DNA from: Fimbriosthenelais zetlandica | Lineage: Eukaryota | Assembly (NCBI GenBank): GCA_977030845.1 | Contig: OZ365110.1 | Location: 36,084,001 to 36,148,000, forward strand | DNA length: 64,000 bases | Direction of reading: 5' to 3' | In this document: in pieces, positions 52,481 through 64,000 of the stretch | How the letters are laid out: the number at the start of each line of letters is the position of its first letter | How positions within the stretch are numbered: position 1 is the stretch's first letter | Position numbers and translations under genes: made by a program | The notes under the pieces: generated by a model | The model's database searches: none | The model's input: only the letters and a program-made list of their open reading frames with translations | What the model was told of the DNA's origin: nothing

Positions 52481-53180
52481 GGTACATGCATACATGGTTC
52501 ATAGCATGAGAAAATATATTCCAAAACTCTTTGTCAGATTCCATGCTAAGTACCTGTACATGATTTCTCTGTGTAGTTCGATCCGTTTTAACCTTACTTG
52601 CTATGGTATACATGTACAATGTATATGCATATTCACTGGGTAAGGCTTCTCCGTCAGTTGGGTATATTGAATAACAGTGACATGCCATAGCTCAGGAGAA
52701 AGTTGCTATCATCAGTGTAATATTGCTCTGGGATCTATTTTATGCTTGCACCAACCGCCTCAAGCTTGCAGAGTATGGGCTTAGGGCCATACATCAAGCT
52801 GGGTCTATTCTGGCTGCTCCTACCAGACATTTGGAGCGTGGAAGCAGGAAAGGTGGGCACCACACGCAACTCACCAATGGTATCAAGCATCACTTTCTCA
52901 TTTACTCCTGGCAAAAATAACGAGATAATACTAGACTACATTGCTTAAATCTAAAGTTCTGCCGGGAACGTTGACATGACTTTATTTACCTTTAAGTTGT
53001 TGCTTTTAACATAATATTTGATTAATGTGACTTTCAGGTATTGCGTACCTCCCTGTATTTTCACGATAGATTTTTTGAAGATTAGATTAGATGGGAAAAG
53101 GTTGAGTTCTACATGCTCAATGCAAAAGGTGAACAGCCATTAAAATGTTTTATTTGCGTCGCAAAGATCATCCAAAACCT

Positions 53181-53652
53181 GGATTTGACGCACTGAGGTC
53201 TTTAGGTATCCAATGCTCGGATTTGAGGCACCAAGCATTGAGGACTTGAGACATCCAATGCTTGGATTTGAGGCACCAAGCATTGAGAACTTGAGATTTC
53301 CAATGCTTGGGGACATGAGGCATCCAATGTTTGTATCCATTTGAGGCACGAAAACATTGAGGACTTGATACATCCAATTCTTGGATTTGAGGCACCAAGC
53401 ATTGAGGACTTGAGGCATCCAATGCTTGGATATGAGGCACCAAACACTGAGGACTTAGGCATCCAATGCTTGGATTTGAGGCAACAAGGATTGAGGACAT
53501 GAGGCATCCAATGTTTGGATCCATTTGAGGCACGAAAACATTGAGGACTTGATACATCCAATTCTTGGATTTGAGGCACGAAACTTTGAGGACTTGAGAC
53601 ATCCAATGCTTGGATTTGAGGCACCAAGCATTGAGGACTTAAGGCATCCAAT
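53181..53652. repeat. Minisatellite, unit about 45 bp (ggatttgaggcaccaagcattgaggacttgagacatccaatgctt), about 10 copies
   Basis: Directly visible tandem repeat. It explains the overlapping 15-aa-periodic ORFs at 53140-53806. Confidence 0.95.
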
Positions 53653-56600
53653 CCTTTCACTTGGTCGGTTGAGGACTCAAATATATCGTGTAAGAGATCA
53701 GCATGGAAAAATACATCAGCCTCAGGGAATGCCTTCAGACAGCCCTAAGCTAAATTCCTCCATTCTCATTTCCAGGTGGCTGAAGGTTGTCCCAGTAACC
53801 ATGTAATACTCTGAGCAATGGTCGCTGTTAACTCTCGCCGTCTCAAAATTAGCCACGTTAGTATTCAACGCTGAAAAGGCAAGGTTCATAGCTCAACCCT
53901 GGTGGTGGGTCGAAGGGCGGCCTGTGTTCTACTACATTAGATAAAGTAAACGGCCGAATCCGGACCTAAGTCAAGCAGGAGTAGAAGGACAGCTGACTGA
54001 CATATCAACAACCCTAGCTGAGTGGTTATTAAGTACTCTCAAATCTACCTGAGGTAAACCAGAGCAGCAGGGAGAATATCAACAAGTTATGGTCTTCTTC
54101 ATATATATAGAAGAACTCAACTCAACCCAACTCCAATATCCTACATGGGTTATTGAAATTGAGGTCTGATGAAGAGCAAATGTCAGAAGAGACTGGGATT
54201 CTGGGATTCTCTAGATATTTTTCCATAAAAGGCAGTATCTGAGCACTGTTGATGGGTATGAATTCTCAACAGCAAAACTCAATACTGGAGACATAGCCTG
54301 GGTATAGGTCCATTGTCTTGTAAAAGGCTGTGAAGCGTGCCTGGTAGAACTGAAGGGCTATTTCTGCTTGGTCGACAGGGCGTCGAACAAGTCACGCTTA
54401 AGGTTCTTATTGGAAGAAGAAAAAACAAAAGATCCGTGAGGCAATCTTCATTGCCAAAAGAGGATATGAGTTCGGTGTCCTCCAGGCACTTGTTCCAATT
54501 AAGATGCTCTGTGACCTCTTATTGAAAGGCGGCTGGGAATAAGGTCAGACATTTCCCCTGCTACAAGGAACTGCGTAAAAATACAAAATCATTATTTCTT
54601 ATGAGAGTTTGATTATTACCACCAAAAGGCCAAATCCATAATTACGGACTCCGACATAGTTCCAATATTGTCCTCATCTTACACTTGCAAACTTTTTAGC
54701 CAAGTTATTTATAATTATTTTCTTATGATACTGCTCATGTTTTCATATTTATTCACCTTTTACTCTAGAGAAGTGCACAGAGGACATATTCCTGTTGGGG
54801 AACTGTGCTCAGTTATAGAGCCAGACGTCTCTTCCAAGTCACTGCCTATTCCCAATGGGAGAGGTGTACATAACGGGCTTCAGTAGGACCTGATGGCAGA
54901 GAGCCTATAGGAGGTCTCCCGGGGAGTAAGAAAAGGGCGACTTCAAGCTTTAATAGACATCTGCCTTTGTATGTCAGCTATTCAAGCTAGAACGAACAAA
55001 CCAGGGTCTGTTTCAGAAAATAGGTTACACCAAACAACCCGAGGCCTTATCACTGGTTTCTGTAGCCAATCTTTGTGATGAAACAGGACCCAAGCACAAT
55101 TCCACCTACCCAGAGAAGCAGTGGCCAAAATAGGTCCCCCTGCCCCAGCTCTGTCGTAAACACCTTTCCTGTAGCCACCACTCATACAGATATTTGCCAG
55201 CCTTTGTCCTCACTTGTATAGATCATTGGGCAGGTTGTGGGCATCGAGCTGTTAGTGCCTGTCTAGCATGGAAATAATCCACCAGAGTACTGCTGTGATC
55301 CCTATATACTGCAGGCTGTGAGGGAGGTGGAGTATAGCAGGAGAGGGGAGAAGGTCTCCAATCGCCCTTCATACACGAGCAACTCACTAGACTGATGTGC
55401 TGCTCTCCCAAAGTCTCCTGGGGAGGATCTGTCACAGACGGCAAAAAAGTCATCATTCGAGTGAAGAGGAAAGGACTTTTACTCGTTCTCCCTCTTTTCA
55501 CCTCTCTGTCGCTGATCCTTTCTCTCCTACATCTCCCAACATCCTCACTGGAATCTGTTCTTTCTTTTATATTCATTTATATTCACACATTCCCTAAATT
55601 CAATTCTTTCTTGCTTGTCCTTGACACCATGTAATACATGTAGATCAGCTTGAGTTAATTAACTGGATACAAAATAACATTGACGAGGCTCATTGGGGCA
55701 CGTTCTTGTATAATAAGATTGAGTTATTCAGTATATGCTATAGTAATGAGTTCTGAGGTCATCTGGATCATGGATTTGCTTATCTAAAGCATGGCTGATA
55801 AATACTGCCGTCAACACCCATGTTATCATCTTATCTTGGTCATGCAAGTTGAAATGGAAGGCCCATTGGCTTTTACAGCCCTGATATCTGATATTTGGGC
55901 GTCGGTGCTTAATCTATACTGCCATACATGTATATACATCTCAACTGATAAGCTCTTTAATTACATTTTATAAAAATAAATTTAATATAAGTTCTGCTAT
56001 AACAATTCTCAAAACTATTCAAGAAAACCACCATTGGAAAGAAGCAACAGTTACCGCCAATCCTCTATTGTGCCAAATACTTTTTGTCATGTTCAGCTAC
56101 TTTATGACTATGCAAACATGTCCTCCTGGACAACAGGTCTTGCATGTTTTCGCCATCAGCAGCCAGCACCAGACTCAGTTCGCCAAAAAAGGCGGCCTTC
56201 AATATTCATGACTTCTAAGCATTAGCTATATTTTTTCAGTAGTTCTAACAAAAGCTAAGCCTTTGCAATTGCCACATTTTCACAGGGCGAAGCCATATGC
56301 CCTGTTGCCTACTAATGACTAGATATATGTTAATCTCCCACATAATTCCTCTTCTACACTTGAGCAACAGGCTCCCGGGAACTACTGGGCTAGTCTGCTG
56401 GGAGGGTTTGTGATCACTGGGATCTCCGTTGGCGGAGCAGACCAGCAGACAGCTTGTTTTCTGTGGTCGTGTCTGAAGAAGAACTATTACCGGGCTTGTC
56501 TGGGACTTCCAGTCACTACACAACTGCAGGGCCTCCCTTGCCAACTGTCCCTCTAAAGCTTTTATTTTTCCTCCCACCAAAAGAAGACAGCTACAACCAT

Positions 56601-59600
56601 TCTCATTGATTTTCGATCACTCTGAATACTGTTTCATCTGCCCGCGCACGGTGCCTTGAGGCAAGGATCCACAGGATGATAATAACCGATGCAAAGATTA
56701 TAGAGGGAGCGATATTTGTTTATAGTCATGCTGCCCATTAGAAATGAAAAGCCAGGAGTCTGCTTCGAAACGATTATTAGCCATAGACTTAGCATTCCTT
56801 TTGAAACGGGTCCCAGGCCTTAATTTCAGTTCAAGCAGTTATACTTTTTCTGAGTGAGATCCAGTGTTTCGTATATCATATATCATAGTCTACTTTTCAG
56901 ATGATTAAAGCTAGTATTATATCATACATGTCTGAATGAGGTCTTATTACGAGATGAGGCCAGGGATTCCCCCTAAAGTTAAGGGTAATGAAATTCCTGA
57001 TAAAGAATATACACCTGATGATATAATCCATTTACTATTCCCAGGAGCTGTTATGAAGAGAGTACATGCCAAGAAAACAGATTACTTGAAACTGGGTCAT
57101 CGATCCGGCCTGGAAAATAGTGGATCTACCACCATCAAACCCAGCAGATAATCCAGCTTATTGCTCAAGCCTAAAACATACTTAGCAGCTTTTCCGATTG
57201 ACTGGGTATTGGTTGACCCAAAAACGGATTAAGGGACTGAAGTCCTATATCCCAAGCTTTTCCCTTGGCATCATCATGCAGTCAATAAAACATCAAGGCA
57301 AAAAGGAAAGATCCTGATGCTTTTGTTCAGGTTTAGTTTAACATAAAAAGGCAAGACTATTTTTACAAGAGCACCCATCTGTGTGTATGTTCCTAATATA
57401 TTCTGTGTGGGTGTAATTGCAGGCCCTGAACCCTATTGGCGACCTTCCTGTTGGTATCGATCAGCCCCTCCATGTACAACCTGAATGATGTGGCTGCTGA
57501 CATAACCATCAGTGCCAACTCAGATTCCTTCTTTACCTCCCACTGCATCTCTCATATAGAGATACCAATATGAGAGTAGTACAGAGTGCCATATATATAG
57601 TTATAAACCAAGCACTATACCAAAGATCCCCGGTTCCTACCCGGGAGCATTGGGGCCACCAGCAGTCCATTATAACATATCGGTCGATATCGGGCCAGGC
57701 TTATACGGCTTAGCCCTGGCGGCATTGCAACTGAGCATTACCAGCATCTTCTTGGAATTTGGAGGTGTCCTTAACAATGATGGATTACTTGGAGACGCCC
57801 CCATATAAAGACCAGCACCTTGAGCCGAGTCCCATTCTAAACACAAAGATGTTGGTTTAGTTGCATTAGTGGGGGCATTAGAAGGCCAAGCCCTGCTGGG
57901 ATTATGCGGGCATTGAAATGTAAATTGGGTTTTGTTAAGCATAAAGCAGTCAAGAAGGCTCTCAGGCAACAAAGGCTTTCATGATCTTTTTGGTACTGAT
58001 TGACACTCGGAACTGAAAACTGTCAGAGGAGCTGTGAAGCAAATGATTAATTATTTCCATATTTTAAGCCAGCTTGATTGATGTGATGAATATGGAGTGT
58101 AAATTAAGCCAAGATGAAGTGCAAGATGAAGAGGTGATAATGTATATGATTATAACTGGTCCTCCATTCAAACCGTACTGCCCAAACTTTACTGTCCTAA
58201 TTAACGTCAAATTCCTTACTTCTCATATATTATTCAACTGCCTGCAGACCATACTGTTATGTCGATGGGCAGCCATGAATCCGAACACAGTAACTACAGA
58301 AGTAAAGTTATTATGCCACAGCATGGAACTGACACGGTACTTGTCAGTTGCAAGTGTTCAGTTCATCATTATTAAGCGAATTGATTTAAACCTTAAGAAA
58401 TGCTACAGAACTGAACAGAAAATATTCATCATCATCAGATATGTTGCATTAATAATCTATTGTAAGTGTATGGTCTATAGGCCATCCCAGGCAATTTCTT
58501 TGCTGTTATTATGTCAATTCCTAAAGACAAGTGAAAATTTCGAAATAGTTGTCAAGTTGAAGTGTTAAAGGGGTGCACTAGCTCTAAGGGTTAACTCGGA
58601 GAGCTGCTGAGAGCAGATTCGCACCGACTTAGTCAACAAGCAGCAGATTAATATTGGAGTAGCAATAAAGGATATGACTCATCACAGGAAGTGGAATAGT
58701 TCCTTGCAATATCTGATGTTAGGTCTCAAGCAGACACGATCCCTACAGGACGTTACTGGGACCTCAATGCATCCTGTGCATAATGCTCACTTTCAGATTT
58801 ATCAAAATAACTATGGATATTGCCCCACAACAAATAGATTCGTATCTTAATTAAGAAATTGCGAAAAGTATATTAGTCATTTCCTTCCCCCTAAAGCTTC
58901 TGACCCATCAGAGGTCATAACTGTCTTTAGTCCCAACTTGGGCTGATGTGCTTAATGCCATGCACTTAAACATTTTCCCATTACATGAGTAATGGATGAG
59001 TCGTGGATTGTGGGCGCAAGATGATTTAAACAATTTCTGCTGTCAGCATTTTTTCCAGCCTCCCCATCTGATAAATAGAAATCAGCGCAATTATCTCTAA
59101 TGCGATAACATCGACATTATGAAGCCCATGTTTTATTTGATATTGAAATCATAGTATGGTGGTTGGCGGGTTGGCGTTTGTATATGGTCATTCCAAATCA
59201 TTGAAATGAAAATCTGTGTGGGTCGTTTCGGTATAGAAACATTGCAAACAGCATGGGTGGCCTTCATTCTATCATATATAAGCTGTTGGGAGGGTCGGGT
59301 GTATATTATTTCTGATCCACCATGATATATGACAGGGGCAGGTCCCTGGATACTGGGATTATCATCAAACATTGATGCAGAGAGTTACAAATCTAATCGG
59401 ATGGGATTTTCCTCGCGTATTTCATCACATCAGTAACGCCCCCAACCAAGACACTTCTTCCCATTAAGGCGAGGTTTTGTATGCGTCTTGGAGAGCGCAT
59501 TTTTCTCCCTGATTTATTTCTTACAAATGCAAGGTGCGGCAGCAGTATTTACAATGTTTATAGAACTGTAAATATCAATAAAACAGACTCTTTTATCATG

Positions 59601-60332
59601 CCCTCGTCCAAAGTATTAAGCTCCTCCTCCACCAGAAAATCCCATTACTAAATTCTCATCCACCGCCTCTTCTCCGGTTCCCATCGACCTCTCCCTCTCT
59701 TTGCTTTCTCTCCCTCGGCAGTTCATTTTTTCTTTTATTTCTGAACCGATGTTTCCTATTTCCGAACCAAAACATTTCCATTCCTACTATAAGTTGTATA
59801 CATACACACAAATCTTGCCTTATGTCAAGTTCAATTGTTTTCTATTTTGGAGTTCGCACCCCCATTTCCCGCTCCGCAATATCCCCTCGAATCTTTCCTG
59901 GCTTCCCTTTCTAGGAGCCTTATCTCCCCCATCTCTCCCCCCTCCATTAGAATTATGATGCTACATAATAATAAAACTCACGAGACTGCCGGTAAAGTCC
60001 ATATCCTTAATTTCTGCTGGAGATGGGAGCCAATCCTGTCGGACGTTTTAATTAGAAAGCCTATGAGGGGTAAAACAAGATTGACCTCTGTGGTTTCCGC
60101 CGACTAATTTCCTTATCCCCAGTATTACAGGAACTGCCTATCGTCATTACTCTTCAGATGAAGAATGACAGATTAGGACTACCTTCTTTTAATACTGCCA
60201 TCCCATATCCACCACTGACATGGAAAGGGGTTTATGTTGCCTGGTTAGCAATTCCAAATTTCAATTGATTAAGTTTTCTTAATTGTATGCTTGCATGGAT
60301 GTATACTTAAGTTAATTTGCGTGATAAATTTA

Positions 60333-60595
60333 GCCCGCGGGCACATCCAGCTATACACTCGGCAAAATATTCAGGCCTCTTCACTCCCGAGGTTCATTTA
60401 TATTTGTTTCACCTCTAAAAAAATAAAATCATATTTACGAGCCTGTCGTTGTGGCATGAGTGGGATTTTCTACTCGCCATGATCATATTGCCCGCGGGCA
60501 ATCTGCACTCGTTATTGACCAAGGCTATCAATATATCTATCAATGAGTTCTCAATGCAATACCTTGGTATTCAGTACCTCCCAGAGGTGAAACAA
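60333..60595. mobile_element. Palindrome-rich repetitive-element relic
   Basis: gcccgcgggc x2 (one inside a perfect 16-bp palindrome attgcccgcgggcaat, 60487-60502) and a 13-bp inverted pair ttgtttcacctct / agaggtgaaacaa. Confidence 0.45.
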
Positions 60596-63500
60596 TATGC
60601 TACAAGTCCTTAAAATCGGACAGGGTTGAGATCCAGACGATGAGAGATAATTTTATGATAGAGCCTGTATGGAATATGGGGTATAGAGGATCTGTGAAGA
60701 CTGGGGGAGATAACCTGTTGACATGCCAGGCATGGATAGACAACCGGTAAAATACACAATGCTCAAAGAAGAAATCAGCCACGAGTCTCAGGGGAATGTT
60801 TCCACCACGCCAGGGACAGGTGATAAAACGCTGATTACCTACAGAGGCAGAGATACTTGTCTTAAGCTCATACAGGCAGAAATAGACAGTCTCTGTCTTG
60901 ATCATGATCAGCTGTATATAGGCTTATGTGTACCCCCAACCAATGGCTCAGGTTGGGTCAGGATTAATGAGAGGACAACATGACATGATCCCAATTCAAG
61001 GAGGGAATTACTTCTATGGTAAATGGGGATAATCAACCAGGGGTGATTCTCCTTGCTCAGAGGACAAGGGGTTGGAAAAGCAGGCAGGGCGGCCTATATA
61101 AATAATATATTCACAGCGCTTCTCTCCAGGCCAGGGTTCTTAATCAATATAACACATTGTACCACCAAGAGCTGCTCATGTATGTATAATATATCAAGGC
61201 TTAGATCATATCTGAATGTTTCTTCTTCCGTCTCCTGGGTTTGTTACTATTCCTCAGGCAGACAGAATTATTCTTTTCATACTGACCTAATTTTGCATTG
61301 AAAGCACTGCATGGGGGAGTATTCGTATTTTCAGCGAAAGCGGCTTATTTGTCATTACAAAACAAAACATGTGAAGTGTTGGGTGGGAATTAAAGCTTAA
61401 TGAAACGGGCGCTTTAATCCAGCTTTTTTGTAAACTAGTTTTTTTGGTACATATTACCTCGTTTGGTACATGCACGCTTTATGATTAGAAAAGTTTCATG
61501 AAGACAACTCCAGGACACCATGCTTAAAGAAATATTAAAAATGAAGAAAAGTATCGCTTCTAAAAGTGATTTTCGTCAGGAAAATGCGCATTTGGCCTAT
61601 AATTATTGACATTTGCAGCAGGCATACATGTTTCTGAAAACCTTTCCCGTGGGATTGGACTCATATTGACCTTTACAATGAGAAATAAGCTGACATTTCC
61701 AATTTGTGGCAACGAATTAATTTGAAGAACATGTATTTATATCAACGAATTCTTAATCTCCATTTTCCGTGAAAGCAGCTATATTCAAATTCCTTTCGAT
61801 TATTCATATTATTTCCACTGATTGGGACTAGGCAATATTATTCAGTTTCTTTTGCGGGGATTTTTGGCTGCATCGCTTATGAGAAATCCTGTCATCGAGT
61901 AGATCTATAGGCATGGGAGGGACCATTGGACTTTTCTGCATGTACAATAGTTAATCACATTTGAGGGTGTGAGTCATAGGAGGGGGTGTCCCCGTGACCC
62001 TGACATGAAGATTGATCCGGGGTTAGTGGTCACTGTGGGAGGTCATTCATCATGTTATCAATCAGCCACCGCCTCCCACAGATGCTTGACCCTCTCCTCC
62101 CGCCATAGAATCTCACACAATCAAATAGCATTTCACATAGAAGTCTGCTCAACGGAACTCAATTGCTCTGTGCGAGGGCAAACTGTGCATCCGGCATGCG
62201 ACCCAGTTGATAAAGCTTGGAAAGGAAATACACATTGATTGGGGGTGCCTGCTGCTGCATACTGAGAATCCTTAAGACGTTCTCCTTACTACAGGGAGGG
62301 GCATGTTAGTCTTAGTGTATCCTCTTGGTTCCAAAGCTGCTCTCATGCCAGGAATAATGTCCTGCCTTGGAAATAAATGATTCTAATTGGAATCAATCTT
62401 GAAAGCTGGGTTTTTCCTAAGGAAGGGGGACTTTGCTCTAAGCCTTGATGTCAGCCCTTCTGTGATTTAAGGCTTACTCGAAGAAGTTGTCATTATCCAA
62501 AGGCAATGCCTAAGAATCCAGAGAATTTATACATTGTGAACACGTTCTGCTTAAATGTGTCCACGGAGTGTGCGTCCCCATAATTTTAATAGTAATAGGA
62601 AAATAACACAAGTCATTTGGAAGATGATTTTACTTTAAATTCAATTCCGGTTGGGGTTTTTTTTAAACTTCAGCATCATTCAGAATCTGTTTTCGTCAGC
62701 TTGTCAGATTTTCAATAATAATGAGGCATTTATAGGCACCTGAGGCAATATAGGGAAACACTAAATGGTTTTCTTAAACAAGGCTTCACGCAACAAGCCA
62801 AATATGAGCCTGTGATTGAATTAGAAGACAATATTTTTGTCACGTTTTCTGTCATTCAAGAGGAAGGCCTAACCTTTCCCCTGGAAGCAGAGACTTTCGC
62901 CTGCAGAAACCATACCATGTAGTGTGATCATGCCATTATAGAGTTTTCAACGTCACCGAGCAGTTGGCATTTTTTTTTGGTTTTCATTCTGTTTGCTGCG
63001 CATGCGGATGTTCGTCTTGAGAGGACAAAGGAACACATGCATGTTTTTCTTTTGCCTTTTTGACCTAAACATTTATCTTTGGCAGCAACTACCAACAAAC
63101 GTAAATGCTCGTTGAATTGAATATTCTCAGGGAATGGCATACATTCTGCATGCGAAATAACATTATTCCTATGGACTCAAGAATGTCCCGAAATGCCATA
63201 TAAGCACTGAAGGGTTAATGAACATGGAAAGGCTCATTTAATATTCATGTATGCTATAACCCTTGAGTTGTATTTTTCGCTCCTCAAAAGCCATACAGGG
63301 CCATCTCACATGGGATGAAACCTGAGCTGGTAAGGTCAACTTTCCTATTACTCTGGTGTTGCCACTTGTATAAAGGCAGAATTATTTCCTCCATACATAA
63401 CGGTTATAACTCAGTAATCATAACAAACCAGGGACGTACCTGCTGTGAATTACATAATAAAAGTCTACTCTCATACAACCAAGCCTGTAAGGGTCTATCT

Positions 63501-64000
63501 ATGGCACTACACAATATTACCACCCAATGTCTCCAGTCCCATTGCCTCTAATACCAAGCTAAATGTATGAACACCATGGGCCCTATAAACAATGTATTTT
63601 ATGTCTCTCTTCCTGGGAATATCACACCAATTGCCTGTAGACTGGGAACCAGGTCCTGCCTATGATTCTCCATTCATGACCATCTTTCAAATATTAAAGG
63701 CCATTAAAGTGATAATAAAAGGCTGCACTCCTTCCTTTCCTATTAGATTGGCATGAATATCATCGCCTATCGCTACAAGGCTTCAGCAAGCCTCAGAAAC
63801 CATCTTCATCGTTACCAATTAGGTGCAATGTTCTAAGTCATCTTAAGGGGACAGTTAATTGATCAGAACTGGTGTTGAGAGGATGCATTTGAGGTGATGC
63901 AATCCAGAGACAGATGACAGATGACTGCTTTCAACAGGCCTGGCAACCATAATCTTAGGTTAGCTGCCATGCCTAAATGCTACGAGCTAACTCACACAAT

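Noticed and set aside
53140-53806. Five overlapping ORFs with 15-aa periodicity; CRISPR-like look
   Set aside because: They are products of the 45-bp minisatellite. There are no unique spacers and no cas genes, and the context is eukaryotic.
54900-57972. ORFs of 60-117 aa in moderately GC-rich patches
   Set aside because: No family motif recognised and the strands are inconsistent.
60838-60905. Candidate first exon MIKTETVYFCLYELKTSISASV-G|gtaatc (phase 1)
   Set aside because: The phase fits, but E and K interrupt the would-be hydrophobic core, so it is a poor signal peptide.

Overview
AT-rich animal (invertebrate-type) genomic DNA with one short assembly gap (12522-12662). The window is dominated by one multi-exon gene on the minus strand: a Kuzbanian-type ADAM10 metalloprotease. 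I traced 13 coding exons by hand from 51402 down to the stop at 17076. They join in frame into about 899 codons: prodomain, furin site RHKR, Zn site [11 protein letters not shown], Met-turn, disintegrin, Cys-rich region, transmembrane helix and a long Pro-rich tail. The signal-peptide exon was not found. The most notable feature is that the frame closes only through a U12-type (minor spliceosome) AT-AC intron at 19331-19582. Other splice oddities are a triplicated 3' splice site, two in-frame donors that change the TM length, a NAGNAG acceptor and a strong internal donor in the tail exon. The introns contain several MITE-like inverted-repeat elements, a hairpin-rich 45-bp minisatellite and a degenerate hammerhead-ribozyme-like motif. 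Most other ORFs in the track look spurious. I found no CRISPR array, rRNA, tRNA or second gene that I can support.
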